From Chiloscyllium plagiosum (Eukaryota): a stretch of DNA of 64,000 bases. The position numbers and the translations under genes are program-made. Positions 1 through 12,700 of the stretch are shown here, one piece after another. The notes beneath the pieces were generated by a model that was not told the origin of the DNA, did no database searches, and was given only the letters and a program-made list of their open reading frames with translations. Where the stretch lies: the NCBI RefSeq assembly GCF_004010195.1, contig NW_025215375.1, forward strand, positions 62,001 to 126,000, read 5' to 3'. Position 1 is the stretch's first letter; every line of letters starts with the position of its first letter.

Positions 1-229
1 TCCAAGGAAAATTCTATCAAAGAGGGCCATGACAAACTTGTTCCCTAGTGTTTCAAAAAAATGAGACTATATTTCATTTAAAGTTATAAAATACTAATTG
101 GCTTCCTGCTTTAAACGTATTTATGGCTATCGGTATATTATTTATAAATTCCTTGAATTAGTCAGCTGCATTCTGAACTGTGTCTCAGAGAGTGGTTGTT
201 CCTGCGAACACAGGGATAGTAGCAGACTG

Positions 230-1600
230 GATACCATAAGACATAGCAACAACAGTAGGCCCAGCAGCTCACCGAGTATGTCCTGCCTTTCAGTTCAATG
301 ATGTTTGTTCTGATAAGCCTCAACTCCACTTTCCTGCATTTTCCTCATAACCTTTGATTCATTGATTCAACATATGTCTCTCAGCCTTGAAGATACTTAA
401 TGATCCAGGCTCAATAGCTTTCAGAATCTTGTATAATTGTTTCTCTCTCACTGATATGAGATTTGGTAGTTTCAATTCTCTCGTTTGTTTCTAGCACTCC
501 TTGTTGAATCTACAATTGATTGCAATCCTGTTCTATCGCACATCCTCTGTGGCAAAGCACAGTGGAAAAAAGATGGTCAGAGCCTGTAACTTCCACCTTC
601 TTTTCCCATATCAGTTAAGATACAGCTTATCCAGATCTGGGGATGAATCCACTTTTTATTCTGCTACTCTTCACGATTCTAATAAGCCTTCCTCCAAACT
701 CAAGACTGATATGAAGGACGTATTTAACATATTGTCTGGATCCGCGCACAAGTTGCTTCCTTGATCCCTAATACTCCTCCATTCTTTCCCGAGTTATCCA
801 CTTCCCCAGGTATAGCGATAGAACACCCACTGATGTTTTATCACGCCCCATTTTTGCTTTTCTATTGATCTCCTTAATTTCAGTGTTACACTTTCTACCT
901 TCCTACAGGGATTCCATTCATCTGCTCACTTTATAGCTGCTTTAAGCTTCTCTTTACTTTGTTATTCAGCTCTGAATATTTGCAGATGTTGAAGATTCTG
1001 TGGGCTCGTTTTCCTTCATTGGATCTTAGATTGTAAAATATGTGCTGATATTCTCATCAAATCCATTTCGAGTACGTACACCCCTCCCCACTCCACACTG
1101 TTCGAGTACAGTTTTACCCAGATTTAGTTTTGCAACATTTAAAAGATATCTGGATGTGTATATGATTAGGAAGGATTTGGAGGGATATGGGCCAGGTGCT
1201 GGCCAGTGGGTCTAAATTAGGTTGGGTCCAACAATGCACCATCCCTTGTTGTATATGCTTCATGCTTATATAAGAAGCTCTCAGTAATACATTTCAACAT
1301 ATTTGTCCCCTCTTAAAAGTAAGTGACTGTCCCAATAAATGTTGGATATTGAAAAGCATAAACAGAATTACCATCTCATTGTTTTATACACGACAGCGAT
1401 TGGTTACACATTGACTCATGTATTTTCTTCTAACTGGGGATCTATAGTCTGACCCTAGCAATTACCTGTCATCTTTTTATTCCAAACGCTATCCTCGAAG
1501 TCTCAGTTGAAGGCCTCTCCAAGATATTGCCCCTCTTTACAGCAGTAATTGATTCCTTAATTAATAAAACAACACCAATTCCTGCTTATAGTTCCTATGC
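230..1600 (-). mobile_element. Heavily decayed CR1-type LINE fragments (3' end and ORF2 remnants); small + strand CR1 3' piece at about 1130-1230
   Basis: ccataagacatagc...ggcccagcagctcaccgag resembles the CR1 3' terminus also seen at 58494; gaaggatttggagggatatgggcc is a typical CR1 3' tail in + orientation. No intact ORFs. Confidence 0.5.
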
Positions 1601-3738
1601 TACAGAATATAGAGATGCCAATCCTGACCTCCTCCAACCACATCTCTGATGGCAAAAATGTCAAAATTTCACATGTCAATCTATTCCCTTATCACACCTG
1701 TCTGACATGAAATAATCCTAGCAGCAAGGTAAAGGACATCTAGCCTGGAACATAACACCAGGAACAGTCTGTACCTCGTCTGTACTTCGGAGTTCTATAA
1801 TCATTCACTGTTTGTTATCAGGCTTCCCAATTTATGAACCAAAACTGTAAATCTAAGACTGTAAGAAGCAATATTTGTTGAATTAGATATATATATTTTA
1901 AAAATTGATGTATTAAATGCCACTTTCCCAAACTGAGCGATCACCTCCACATACCATGAGTTTCTTCCCGACACCCCCCCCCCCTGCTCCCCCAGTGTGC
2001 AGATGGGACAGCCCTCAGTAATGGGCCGCGTTGATTAAGTCTCTCCATAAGTGCATGTGCTCCCAACGATGCTGCTGGCGTGTGCAGGGTACCAGCTTGT
2101 GCTGACCCTTTGTGAACAATAATCACTCTCCCTCTAGTTATGCAAACCTGCCTCTCATCATGTCGCATTTCTCACAGAAAATGGTTACTGCCTTCTTATG
2201 TTTTCCATTCCATGATCCCCAGGACATCGGGAACCAAACTGGCTCAGGAAGTCAGCACCATATGTCGCCCTGAAATGGAAAGCAGTCAGTGAGTGGTTTG
2301 AACAGCCCATTATGGAGTGGACCAACTGAGATTAAGCACAGACTGTTTCTCCCAGGTAGTGGATTCTCATCAATTGGTGAACGGGGGAGGGAGTGAGATG
2401 AGGAAGTTCGGGAGGGGTGTTAGGCCGAGACTTGCACTTATGGTGCCCATTGTTACATTTAACTGAGTGTCAGTACAGTGAGTGTGTAGTGACATACGTC
2501 AGACAAAATCCACACAGTTCAGTTGTTAAAGTGGTTCTCGGCTTGGCAGTTGCTGCTGTTTCCCTCAGATGCAGTCTGCAGAACTGATCTCGATCGAAAT
2601 CCACTCAAAAGCAGGTTGGGTGACCGTTGTATTAATCTTTGGCCATCTACACAGAAGTTCAATTTTATTTTCACACTGATGAATGTGAAGTTGACATATA
2701 CTGCTTATTGCTTTAGAATGTTTACTGTGAGACACAGTGTGCTACAGGATACAGTAAAATTGTGAATTTCTTCGTCGTGGGTCCGGCGCAGGGTGCAAAT
2801 ATGTGGAATCTAGGAGGCAGGCCAAATGCTGTCAAGTGGCTTGTGCAGTGTGTTCTGGCAAGACATGCCCATACATCTGCTCCCTGGAGCAGGCTGAGAC
2901 TAAAGATAAATCTCTAAGACCTGTTTGTTGGTCAGTCATCGGTACCTAATTTGGACAACATTTGTGTCTACACTGAGACCAGTGATAGCTATTGGTTAGT
3001 GTTCACCTGCCCAGGATGGGCTGCAAATGATTTTTTTTTTTTGTGAAAGTACGTTTGAATGACTGCCCTGACCCAGGTTGTCTCTGGACATGTTGAAGAG
3101 CAGATCAGTGTGTCACTCAGATTACAGACAACTGTGAGTTCCAGTAGCACTATGCCTAAATTCAGATCCTTTGGAATCTATTAATTATGTAGGTCGTGAC
3201 TGCAAGTGATGAGTTTCCCGGTATGAACAATAATAAAATATGTCCTGTATTTTGTAAATTGGGGACAACAATACCAAGTGAGCTCCGACTATTTCACATA
3301 ACAATGCTTGCATTATCTCTGAGAACAACTACATTGTTACGATATGTTTGGAACTAAAATATAAACTCAGTGCAACACTTTATGATGCAAAAATAAAAGA
3401 AAACTACGTGTTATTTTGTATTGAATATTTGCCTCATTTTTGTGCAATCACAGTTGAATATTCAACGTCAGTATTCAAATGCATACATTCTCACTCTAAT
3501 ATTTCAAAAGTTGTTTGCCCCTAAACCATTACATATTCATAGTGAGCAAAATTCAACAATCAAATTCAACAATCAAATACATTTAGCGTTCTTATGAATT
3601 AAAATATAATTAACAAATTTAATTTCTCACTGAAATGTATGAGCTTTAACTAATTGTAAACAATTTAAAAATGACAATAATTCAATGTACACTTCGAAAG
3701 TTAATCTTCGTTAATGACTTGTGTTATTATATGGTATT

Positions 3739-4703
3739 TGTAACGAAGCCAAAGCACGTAGATCCAATTTAAAATGAACATTGTTTTCTGAATATTGAAG
3801 AAAAATTAAATTGCAGGCTCAGCTGCCCAAATGGAAAGGCTGGGAGATGAGCTGTTATAAAATGGATACATGCAACAATTGGATGTTAAAGGGATACCTG
3901 AGTGTTGGTTGCTGTTTTGACAACAATCCAAGTTTAACCAAATAGTTTAAACTATGCCCGGGATATTAAAACCCAATCGAGTTTGAATTTATTGTTTTGA
4001 TGACATCAGACCAGTGACAGGGAAAGACGTTGGGGGTATAAAAAAGAGTGGGCATTTTGAAAATTGGTTCCAGCTACTGCCACGGAATAACAGAGCAACT
4101 GCTGTAGAGTCAAAGAGCTTACTGCCTATCTAAAATCTTGCGCTCAAAGAAATCAGAGCGAAGTCTATCAAAAAGATACCTTTTGCTGTAAAACATATTC
4201 AGAGTAAAAAGAAATAAGTCGAGAGTGTGCAGCTGGAAAAGCACAGCAGGTCAGGTAACATCCAAGAAGTAGGAGATTCAACATTTCGGGCAAAAGCCCT
4301 TCATCAGCACAACACTCTGGACTCTAATCTCAAACATCTGCAGCTCTCACTTTCGCTTAGTAAAAAGTATTAAGACGACCCAATGAAATCAATGTGTAGG
4401 AGATTGATTACAGCAGAGAAGGCAGAGACTGTGTAGACATGTGATTAAGTTAATTTAATATTTATTGCATGTTATTGGAACAGCATATCAATAGGGTTGT
4501 GCTCAGTTAAGGGAAGCATTGTTCAGTTTCTTCATAGTTTTGTTTAGTGTTCTGTTCGGAAACAAAACTGTTACTTTTCTTTAAATAGTGGAAATTACGT
4601 ATTCCCTTTCAGTCCCTCACACTTTGAACAGATGACAAGGTGAGGCGAACGTTTCTGTGTGTTTAACTTTATTTAGTAGCGGTTCGACCTCTGCATTTTA
4701 CCA
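3739..4703 (+). mobile_element. 5' LTR of a Gypsy (Gmr1-type) retrotransposon
   Basis: Starts TGTAAC at 3739, has a TATA-like gggtataaaa near 4035, ends in CA at 4703, and is followed by a tRNA-Pro-like PBS and gag. Confidence 0.65.
4212..4358 (-). mobile_element. Short Penelope-derived non-autonomous insert within the LTR, with a hammerhead-like core at 4280-4307
   Basis: Flanked by the direct repeat agtaaaaag (4203-4211 and 4359-4367); the minus strand reads CTGATGA-A-GGGC-TTTT-GCCC-GAAA-TGTT. Confidence 0.7.
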
Positions 4704-4706
4704 GAC

Positions 4707-4724
4707 TGGGGACTCGTCTGGGAT
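4707..4724 (+). promoter_or_regulatory. Primer binding site complementary to the tRNA-Pro 3' end
   Basis: TGGGGACTCGTCTGGGAT versus canonical PBS-Pro TGGGGGCTCGTCCGGGAT (16/18), 3 nt after the LTR end. Confidence 0.8.
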
Positions 4725-4875
4725 TTGTACAGGTTTGAACAGAATTGGGGTATCAAAGATCCCAGCAGATTTAAACACTTGGTGATTAGTGTCGTAAATC
4801 TTTAAATAATACGTAAGTGAAATAATTTGTTTCATTTTGATTACATGTGGTTGGTTAAATTAAAAGAGAGTGAAT

Positions 4876-7800
4876 TGGCTCTGAACTTTGTTAAAGAGGT
4901 TCTGAGGTTTGAAGATGCTTCCCAACATTGCCAAGGAAGGTTAGAAAGATAGAGGAAGGATATTCTTTTGGAATTAGCAAATTAATTTGGGATTAGAGCA
5001 GGGACATGAGGAAATTGAAATGGACTTGGTCAAACACTGAGGTGTATCAGAGTAAAAGAAGTGCAGCAGAGTTAGAAAAGCGTAAACTGTGTATGAGCTA
5101 AACGGAATTAGAAGAAAAAGAAAGGGAGAGAAGGATATTAGCTGAGCAAAAAGATATAGAGAAGAAAGAAGTGAGAGAGAGAAAAAAGGAGACTGAATCG
5201 AGATGGAGTAAAAGACTGAAAAGAGTGAGAGAAAGAAAAGAGAGAAGTTTCTTAGCTGAGCAAAGAGAGAGAGAGACTAAGAAGAAAGAGAAAGGGAGAG
5301 AGAATGTGAACTTCAGTAGTTGCAAATTAGTCAGGAAAATCAAGTTCAGAGAATGAAAATATAGTCAAGAGAGTTTATACTGATGGAAGGGTTCATAAAC
5401 TCATTTCCAGAGAACTTATGTGATGAACAGAAATTTAAAAAAAAATGAGAAGATCAGCAGAGACGCCCAAGAAATGTGCATTGAGGCATGACGTGAAATT
5501 TAGTTTCTGACACGAATTTCATCCCTTTGAGGGATAGAAATTGGAAGCAGGGGAGATCCTTCATTATAAATCACAGAGTCGAGCACACTAGTAACAGTTC
5601 TCCATTGGTAATGAAAAGGATTCCAAGAAAATGAAAAGCCTCAGGTGTTTCCACGGTTGTAAGATGGGACTCGTAAAGTCACAGTGGTTGTCATGGAAGA
5701 ATGACATTGTGGGAAAATATGTGGGAAAGGAGGCTAATCCAATGGTATAAGGGAAAGTAGTGAAGGGGACTGAAAGAAAAGCCGAGAAGCTGCAGGAGAG
5801 TGCACAGCCTTGGAGGGGTGGGATATTGAGTTAGTTGCTCATCTCTGTAAAGACTTTATCGCTGTGGGAAAAGTTTACTCAGAAAGAACAGGAAGAGAAA
5901 GGAAACAAGTTAGTATTTCATGAGGTATGGGATCTGGTCAGTCTCCGATAGTAAGAAATTAAAATATTTTCACGCTTTCCGACTTGTTATCCAAGAAGGT
6001 AATAATTTGTTGAATAAATAGGCAGAATGTTAGCGTTCCCCTGTGTAAGATCAGTTTGGAGAGCCAAATCAAGACTGGGGAAGTAACTGTGGCAAAATGT
6101 CGGTTTCAGGAATACAATTTGTTCTTGGGAATTATTTAGCAGGATCCAAGGTGGGAGTGACACCTCTTTTAGTGGAGAAGCCAACGGAACATCAGAGAAC
6201 TAAGGAGTGTAATAAGAATGCCATGGAGGTTTTCCAGACTGTGACGTAATAAGAAGCCACTGTCATAAGTTACAGCAAAACGAAAAACTAAACAGAAAGA
6301 CAAAGAAGTTAGCTGACACCCTGTTTGATGTAATGGTACAGGAAAACCCTTCACAGGCAGTGGGTTAGACAGAAGTGTTTAGTTCAGAAAGGCTAAGAGA
6401 CTTGCAACAGAAAGATGAGAAGATATATATATATATATTATGATGTAAACTCAGGAAAGGAATCAGAACGTATTCCTGAGGGTTATTACATTAAGGATAG
6501 AAACCTAATACAAAAGTAGAGATCCCAGCACGTTAGTGCAGAGGTGAAATGGGCAGAGGTGCACCAGATTGTGTTGTGTGTAGCATACAGACAAAAAGTT
6601 TTAGGAGTAGAACATGAATTACCAGAAGGAGGTCACCTAGGTATGAAGAGGACTCAGGCTAAAGTACAAAAGCACTTCAATTGTCCTGGCATGCACAAGG
6701 ATGTGAGTAAATATTGCCACACATGTCGCAGATGCCTAATCTTAGGTATGATACAGGCAGTAATAAAATCAGAAGATTTGTTGCCATTTCCCGCATTTGA
6801 AGAATCTTTCACATGGGTATGATTGATTGTGGCGGACCCGTTCCTAGAACTAAGAGTGGGAATCAGCATTTGCTAACCATAATGTATATGTCTACTAGAT
6901 TGCGGTGGCAATTCCATTCTGGAGTATTAAGACAAAAAGGATGGTGGAGGAGTTGGTAGCTTTCTTTACCCGGTATGGGTTACCCAGACAGATTCCACTG
7001 CTGAAACTTTTAAGGAGGTCTTGGTTAGCATACAACACTTTAAATCAAGTCCGTGTCATCCAAAGTCCCAGGGAGTCTTGGAAAGGTGGCATTGACCCTG
7101 AAGACAATATAAGTCAGGATACCCTGAATGATTGGGATAAAGGTATCAAACTTTATGGATTGCCATGAGAGCTGCCCCAAATTAATCTACTCAGTTTACC
7201 CCTTTTGAGATAATACTTGGACAGAAATTAAGAGTGCCTTTGAAACTAAAAATCTGATAGGATCGAAGTCAGAGATCTCACACTTGGATTATGTAGCAGT
7301 GGTGATGGAACAATTAAATCAGGAAGACGAGTTAACTAACAGCAAATTAGTAGGTCACAGCGTAGAATGAAGCAGTTGGCAGGTAGAAACTATAAAATTC
7401 ATACGTTTTCCCGTAGAGATAATGTATTAGTATTGTTACCAGTAGTAGTAGATACCTTCAAAGGCAGGTTTAGTGATCCCTACCAAATTGATAAAAAGTT
7501 GAGTCAGGCAAACTATCTGATAAAGATACTGGACAGAAAAAAGGCTGTAGCGGGAATGCCATCTGAATATGTTGAAACCTTACTATAATAGAGACATGGA
7601 ATTGGAGTACCAGGTGTTGTTTATTGTCCTGCCGAGTAAGGATAAAATCCAGATGTAATGGAGTTTTATGTGCCTCAATGTTAAGTAAGAAGATGTCCTG
7701 AAATAATGGAGTGGGAGAATTAGCTATCTGTCACAGGAGCAAAGAACACTGTTGAAAGGTTTCTTGCAGCAGTATGCGGACATACGCAGGAAAAATGGGA

Positions 7801-8680
7801 GGACTAATACCAGTGTGCATGACATAGAAGTAGCGAATACTGTTCTATTCAAACAATACCTTTACTGGCTTAATCCTTTCAAAGCCCAACAGATCCAGAA
7901 GAGAGTGAATGCGATGCTCAATGAAGACATCATTAAACCAATGCAGAGTGGAGTGGAGTTCGCTGATCCTGTTAGTTCCCATAGCTGATGGAATTTATAC
8001 ATTTTCTTTGGACTATTGGAAGGTCAACATCTTAACAAAACCGCTCTCATAGCCAATACGCGGTTTGGAGGACAGTGTAGAGAAAGTTAGAAAAGCCAGT
8101 TACATCACAAAGTTGATTTACTGCATTGTTACAAACAGGTACCATTAAAAGAGAAAGCGAAAGACGTTTCTGCATTTGTAAACCTAAATGGACTGGATCA
8201 ATTCAACGTATTGCCCTTTGGAATGAAGACCACACTAGCCACATTCCAAAAATTCATGAACATACTTGTGGCCAGATTAAGAAATAATCTAGTTTAAAGT
8301 GATGATGTGGTAATCTTTGGCCATTCATGGAAAGCTCACACGAGGCAAAACTCTTTGAGTGATTCCTAAAAACAAAACTGGAAATAAACTTAAAAAAACA
8401 TAAATTGTGTCATTCTTGGGACATAACATGGACCATGGAAGGATGATCCCAAGGAACGCACCGACCAAAAGCAATGGAGGAATTTCCTTGAGCGTGGAGA
8501 AATACGTGCTTCGACCTTTGGGACTGAGCAGATTCGACGGGAAGTTTGTTCCAAATTTCAGCAGCATGGGGGCACTACTGACAGATTTACTAAAGAAAAA
8601 GATGAAATATCGTTGGACAGAATAGTGCCAGGAGGCATTGGAAAATTTACAAGCTATATTACCCACCACATTAGTTTAAT
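4876..8680 (+). mobile_element. Decayed Gypsy internal region with order gag - protease - integrase - RT (Gmr1-like), truncated before RNase H and the 3' LTR
   Basis: E/K/R-rich gag coiled coil (5100-5350); zinc-knuckle remnant near 5645; integrase HHCC HELPEGGHLG...YCHTCRRC (6544-6822), core LVAFFTRYGLPRQI, and GPY/F-like FKGRFSDPYQI (7367-7588); RT LPFGMK...ATFQKFM, DDVVIF, FLGH, FVPNFS...LTDLLKK (7750-8670). Many stops and frameshifts. Confidence 0.9.
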
Positions 8681-8684
8681 ATCA

Positions 8685-9440
8685 TTATATTTTGAGACAT
8701 ATGTGTGCTCAAAATTGCACACACTGCAGACAGTCATTGCATGAAATATTTTGCTAATTCCACTTCGGAAATAGATTAAATTACTTACAGTGTAGAAACA
8801 CTCCATTCAGCCCAACGAATCCACACCGACCTGCAGCCCCGCCCCCCCCTCCCCCCACCATCCCCCGAGACCCATTCACCTAACACTACAGGTAATTTAG
8901 CCAGGTCAATTCACCTAACCAGCTCATTTTTGGATTGTGGGAGGAAACCCACGCAGAGAATGTTCAAACTTCACACAAAGAGTCGCTTGAGGGAGGAATT
9001 GAACGCGGGTCAGTAGCGCTGTGAGACAGCACTGCCAACCACAGTGCTATTGTGCCGCCCAGTCTCGCCAACTTAACTCAAGATTGGGACGAAGGCAGAG
9101 TCTGACCTTCCATCTTCAATACATTGTCTGAGCTGAGATGTCGCCTTTTGTTGTAGAACCTTAGGTTATCTTGAGAAGATGACTTAAATGCAGTTTTGGG
9201 ATTTACATATTAATGAACTGAAAACTGCAACCCATTCTAAAAGATGAAAGACTTAAAAATCCAGGTTTGTTCATTATACTATTTCAGTTGAATGACACTC
9301 TAATATTTTGCTATAAAGTTTGTGTCTTACGATCTTACACTCCACAAACACCTGATGAAGTAGCAGAGCTTTCAAAGCTAGTGCTTCCAAATATATCTGT
9401 TGGAATATAACCTGGTGTTGTATGATGTTTACCTTAGTAA
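8685..9440 (+). mobile_element. Penelope-like element 3' region (pseudo-LTR) interrupted by a SINE; degenerate hammerhead at about 9348-9383
   Basis: CAC-CTGATGA-A-GTAGC-AGA-GCTTT-CAAA-GCTA-GTG followed by cttccaaatatatctgttggaatataacctggtgttg. Confidence 0.6.
8772..9060 (-). mobile_element. HE1/V-SINE-type tRNA-derived SINE
   Basis: Minus strand begins gggcggcacaatagcactgtggttggcagtgctgtctcacagcgc with B box GTTCAATTCC; central ggtttcctcccaca motif; tail tttctacactgtaag. Confidence 0.85.
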
Positions 9441-9567
9441 CTTCAGATAATGGTATTTTCAAATAGAATAAGACAATTTCTCTCATCCTTCCTTGATTCT
9501 CAATTCCAGATATCATTCTAATTATTGATAATGTTATTGATATTCTTCGACAAAGTAATGTATTGCT

Positions 9568-9670
9568 TGCGTGCGTGTGTGTATGTATGGGTCTATGTGG
9601 TTATGTTTGTTTGCATGTGTATCTGTGTCTGTGTCTTTGGGGTGTACCCTTGTATGTATGTTTTGTGTAC
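9568..9670. repeat. Degenerate (TG)/(TGTA) low-complexity tract
   Basis: tgcgtgcgtgtgtgtatgtatg... visible directly. Confidence 0.7.
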
Positions 9671-9764
9671 GATCCTGTGCAAGTGGAGTGAAATGAAAGA
9701 ACGAGATGCAATTACATTCCCATATGATTGAGAAAATGTACAAAGATTCCATGTTGTCTGATTT

Positions 9765-12700
9765 CAAAGAACAAACAAAATTACAGCACAAGAACCGGTC
9801 CTTCGGCCCACCAAGCCTGCGCCAATCTAGATCATCTACATCAGTCTGGCACATATTTTCTAAGGGTCTGTATCAACTTTGCCCCCTGCCCATTTATATA
9901 TCTGTCTACGTACATCTGAAATGATGTTATCGTGACTGCCTCTACCATCTCTGCTGGCAACGTGTTCCAGATACCCATCAGCCTCTGCACAAAGAACCTT
10001 TCCACGCATTTCTCACCTAGACTTTTCCCCTCTTACTTTGAACCCATTGTAATTGAGTTCCCCATTATGGGAGGAAAGAATCTTGCTCTCCATCCTGTCT
10101 ATATTTCTCATGATTTTGTAGAGCTCAATCAGGTTCCCAGCTAGACCTCCATATTTCTAATGAAAATAACGCTGATCTACTCAAAATCCCTTCACTGCGA
10201 GCACCCACCATAGCTGGTGAACCTCTTCTGCACCCTCTCCAAAGCATCCACATCCTTTTTGCAATGTGGCAACCACGTCTGTAGGCAGTATTCCAAATGT
10301 GGGGAACCAAGGTCTTATACAACTGTAACACTGTAACATAACCTGCCAACGCTTGTACTCAATACCCCATTGATATGCCCTCTGCACCACACTGTAGAAC
10401 GGCGTTTCCATCTACATGGACCTGAACACCCAGAAATCTCTGCACATCAATTTATCCCAGCACTTTTCAATTTTCTGTAAATTTCGCTCTTGAATTAGAT
10501 TTTCTAAATTGCCTCACCTCGCATTTGCCCGGATTGAATTCCATCTGCTATTTCTCTGCCCTACTCTACAATCGATCTATATTGTTCATTATTCTCTGAC
10601 AGTCCACTTCACTATATGGTACTCCACCAATCTTCATGTCTTCTGCAAACTTGCTAATCAAGCCATCTCTACCATCGCCCAGATCACTTCTGTATATCGA
10701 AAACAACAGTGATCCCAGCACGGATCACTGTTGTGCACTACTGGTCACAGGTCTCTATTTTCAGAAACACCCTTCCACTACTAATCTCCATGAGCTATGA
10801 CCCAGCCACTTCTCTGTCCATCAACTAGTACAGCCTGGACCCTATGCGAGTTCGCATTCGCAATCAGCCTACCATGGGGAACCCTATCAAACGCCTTACT
10901 AAAGTCCATGTACATGGCATCTACAGACGTTCCCTCAACAAGCAACTTTGTCACTTCCTCAATGAGTTCTGTTAAGTTGGCAAGACATGACTTTCCCTGC
11001 ACAAAACAATGTTGCCTATCACTGATATTCTTCCAACTGGGAATACATCCTATCCCTCAGTATTTTCTCTGGAAGCGTCCTTGCCACTAACATCAGGGTC
11101 AACATTCTTAAACAAGGGAACATCATTAGCAACTTGCCCGTCCTCCGGGATTTCACCCGTGTTCAAAGATGCTGCAAAGAGGTCTGTTATGGTTCCACCT
11201 GTTTCTTCTCCCCATTCCCTCATTAATCCCTCATAGATCCCATCCGGATCTGGAGACTTGGCAACCTTAATGCCTTTTAGAATAACCAACACTTCCTCTC
11301 TCCTTATTTCGATTTGACCTAGAGTAATCAAGCATCCATACCTAACCTCAACATTTCTCCTTGGTGAATACCAATACGAAGTACTCATTAAGAATCTCAC
11401 CCATTGTCTCTGACTCCACGCATAACTTTCCTCCTTTGTCTTTGAGTGGTCCAACCGTTCCTCTAGTTACCCTCTTGCTCCTTATATATGAATAAAAGTC
11501 TTTCGGATTTTCTATAACCTTGTTTGCTAAATATATCTCAAGACCATATTTAGCCCTCTGAATTCATTGTTTCAGATTGGTCCTACATTCCCGAAATTCT
11601 TCCCTAGCTTTGTTTGCCTTCAGTCGCCTGGGCCTTATGTATACTTCCATTTTCCTCTAAGCTAGTCTCACAGTTTCACCTGTCATCCATGGTTCCCTAA
11701 TCTTGCCATTCTTACCCCTCATTTCCACAGAAATATTTATGACCTCAAATCTAATCAACCTGGCCTTAAAAGCTTCGCACGTATCAAATGTGGATGTACC
11801 TTCAAAAAACCTCTCCCAATCTATATTCCCGAACTTCTGCTGAATTTAGTATAATTGGCCTTTCCCAAATGTGGCACTCTTCCTTTATGACCACTCTCGT
11901 CTTTGCCCTTGCGTATTCTAAAACGTATGGAATTGTGATCATAGTCAAAAATAAATACCCAACTGAAACTTTAACCTCATGGCCATGCTTATTTGCCAAT
12001 AACAAGACAAAATTTGACCCTTCTTGAGTTGTACTATCTCCGTACTGCTCAAAAAACCCTGCTGGAAGCTCCTTACAAATTCTGCTCCATCTAGTCCTCT
12101 AATTTTAACTGAATCCCAGTCAATGTTGCAAAAACAAAATCGCCTATCACCAACAAACACCATGTTGCTCCCACATCTTTCCATGATCTGTATACATATT
12201 TGTACTAGTATCTCACGCTCACTGTTGGGAGGCCTCTAGTACATCCCCAATATTGTTCCTGCACACTTCCTATTTCTGAGCTCTGCTCTTATTGCCTCAC
12301 GTTCGAGTCCTCCATAGTGCCCTCCTTCAGCACAGCTGTGGTATCCTCTTTGACCAGCCATGCAACTCCTATAACCCTTTTACCTCTCTCTTCATTTCGC
12401 CTGAAGCATTGATATCCTGGGATATTTATTTGCCAATCATGCCTTTCCCTCAACCAAGTATCTGTAATAGCAATAATTTCAACTCCCACTTACTAATACA
12501 AGCCCTGTGTTTATCTGCACATACTACACTTCTTGCATTAAAACATATGCACCGCAGACAAACTGTCCCTTTGTGTTCATCATCTACTCCCCGCCTACTC
12601 TTACCCTTACTCACGCACACTTCGCTAACTATTTCCTTACAGGCTGCAGTTGCTATTTCCTTCCTGTCGACGAACTTCCTCATTTGGTTTTTATTCCCTC

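Noticed and set aside
1940..3200. Possible very old L1/Tx1-type LINE remnant or exon-containing region
   Set aside because: Only vague motif resemblance and no consistent reading frame; cannot be supported by eye.
5098..5356. E/K/R-rich ORFs and antisense hydrophobic ORFs (also 37108-38159 and 47612-47898) as host coiled-coil or membrane proteins
   Set aside because: They are Gypsy gag coiled-coil remnants or A/G low-complexity sequence.
8772..9060. tRNA genes at SINE heads (A and B boxes here and at 42775, 44965, 45965, 61416)
   Set aside because: No cloverleaf, and each continues into the SINE body, so they are tRNA-derived SINEs.
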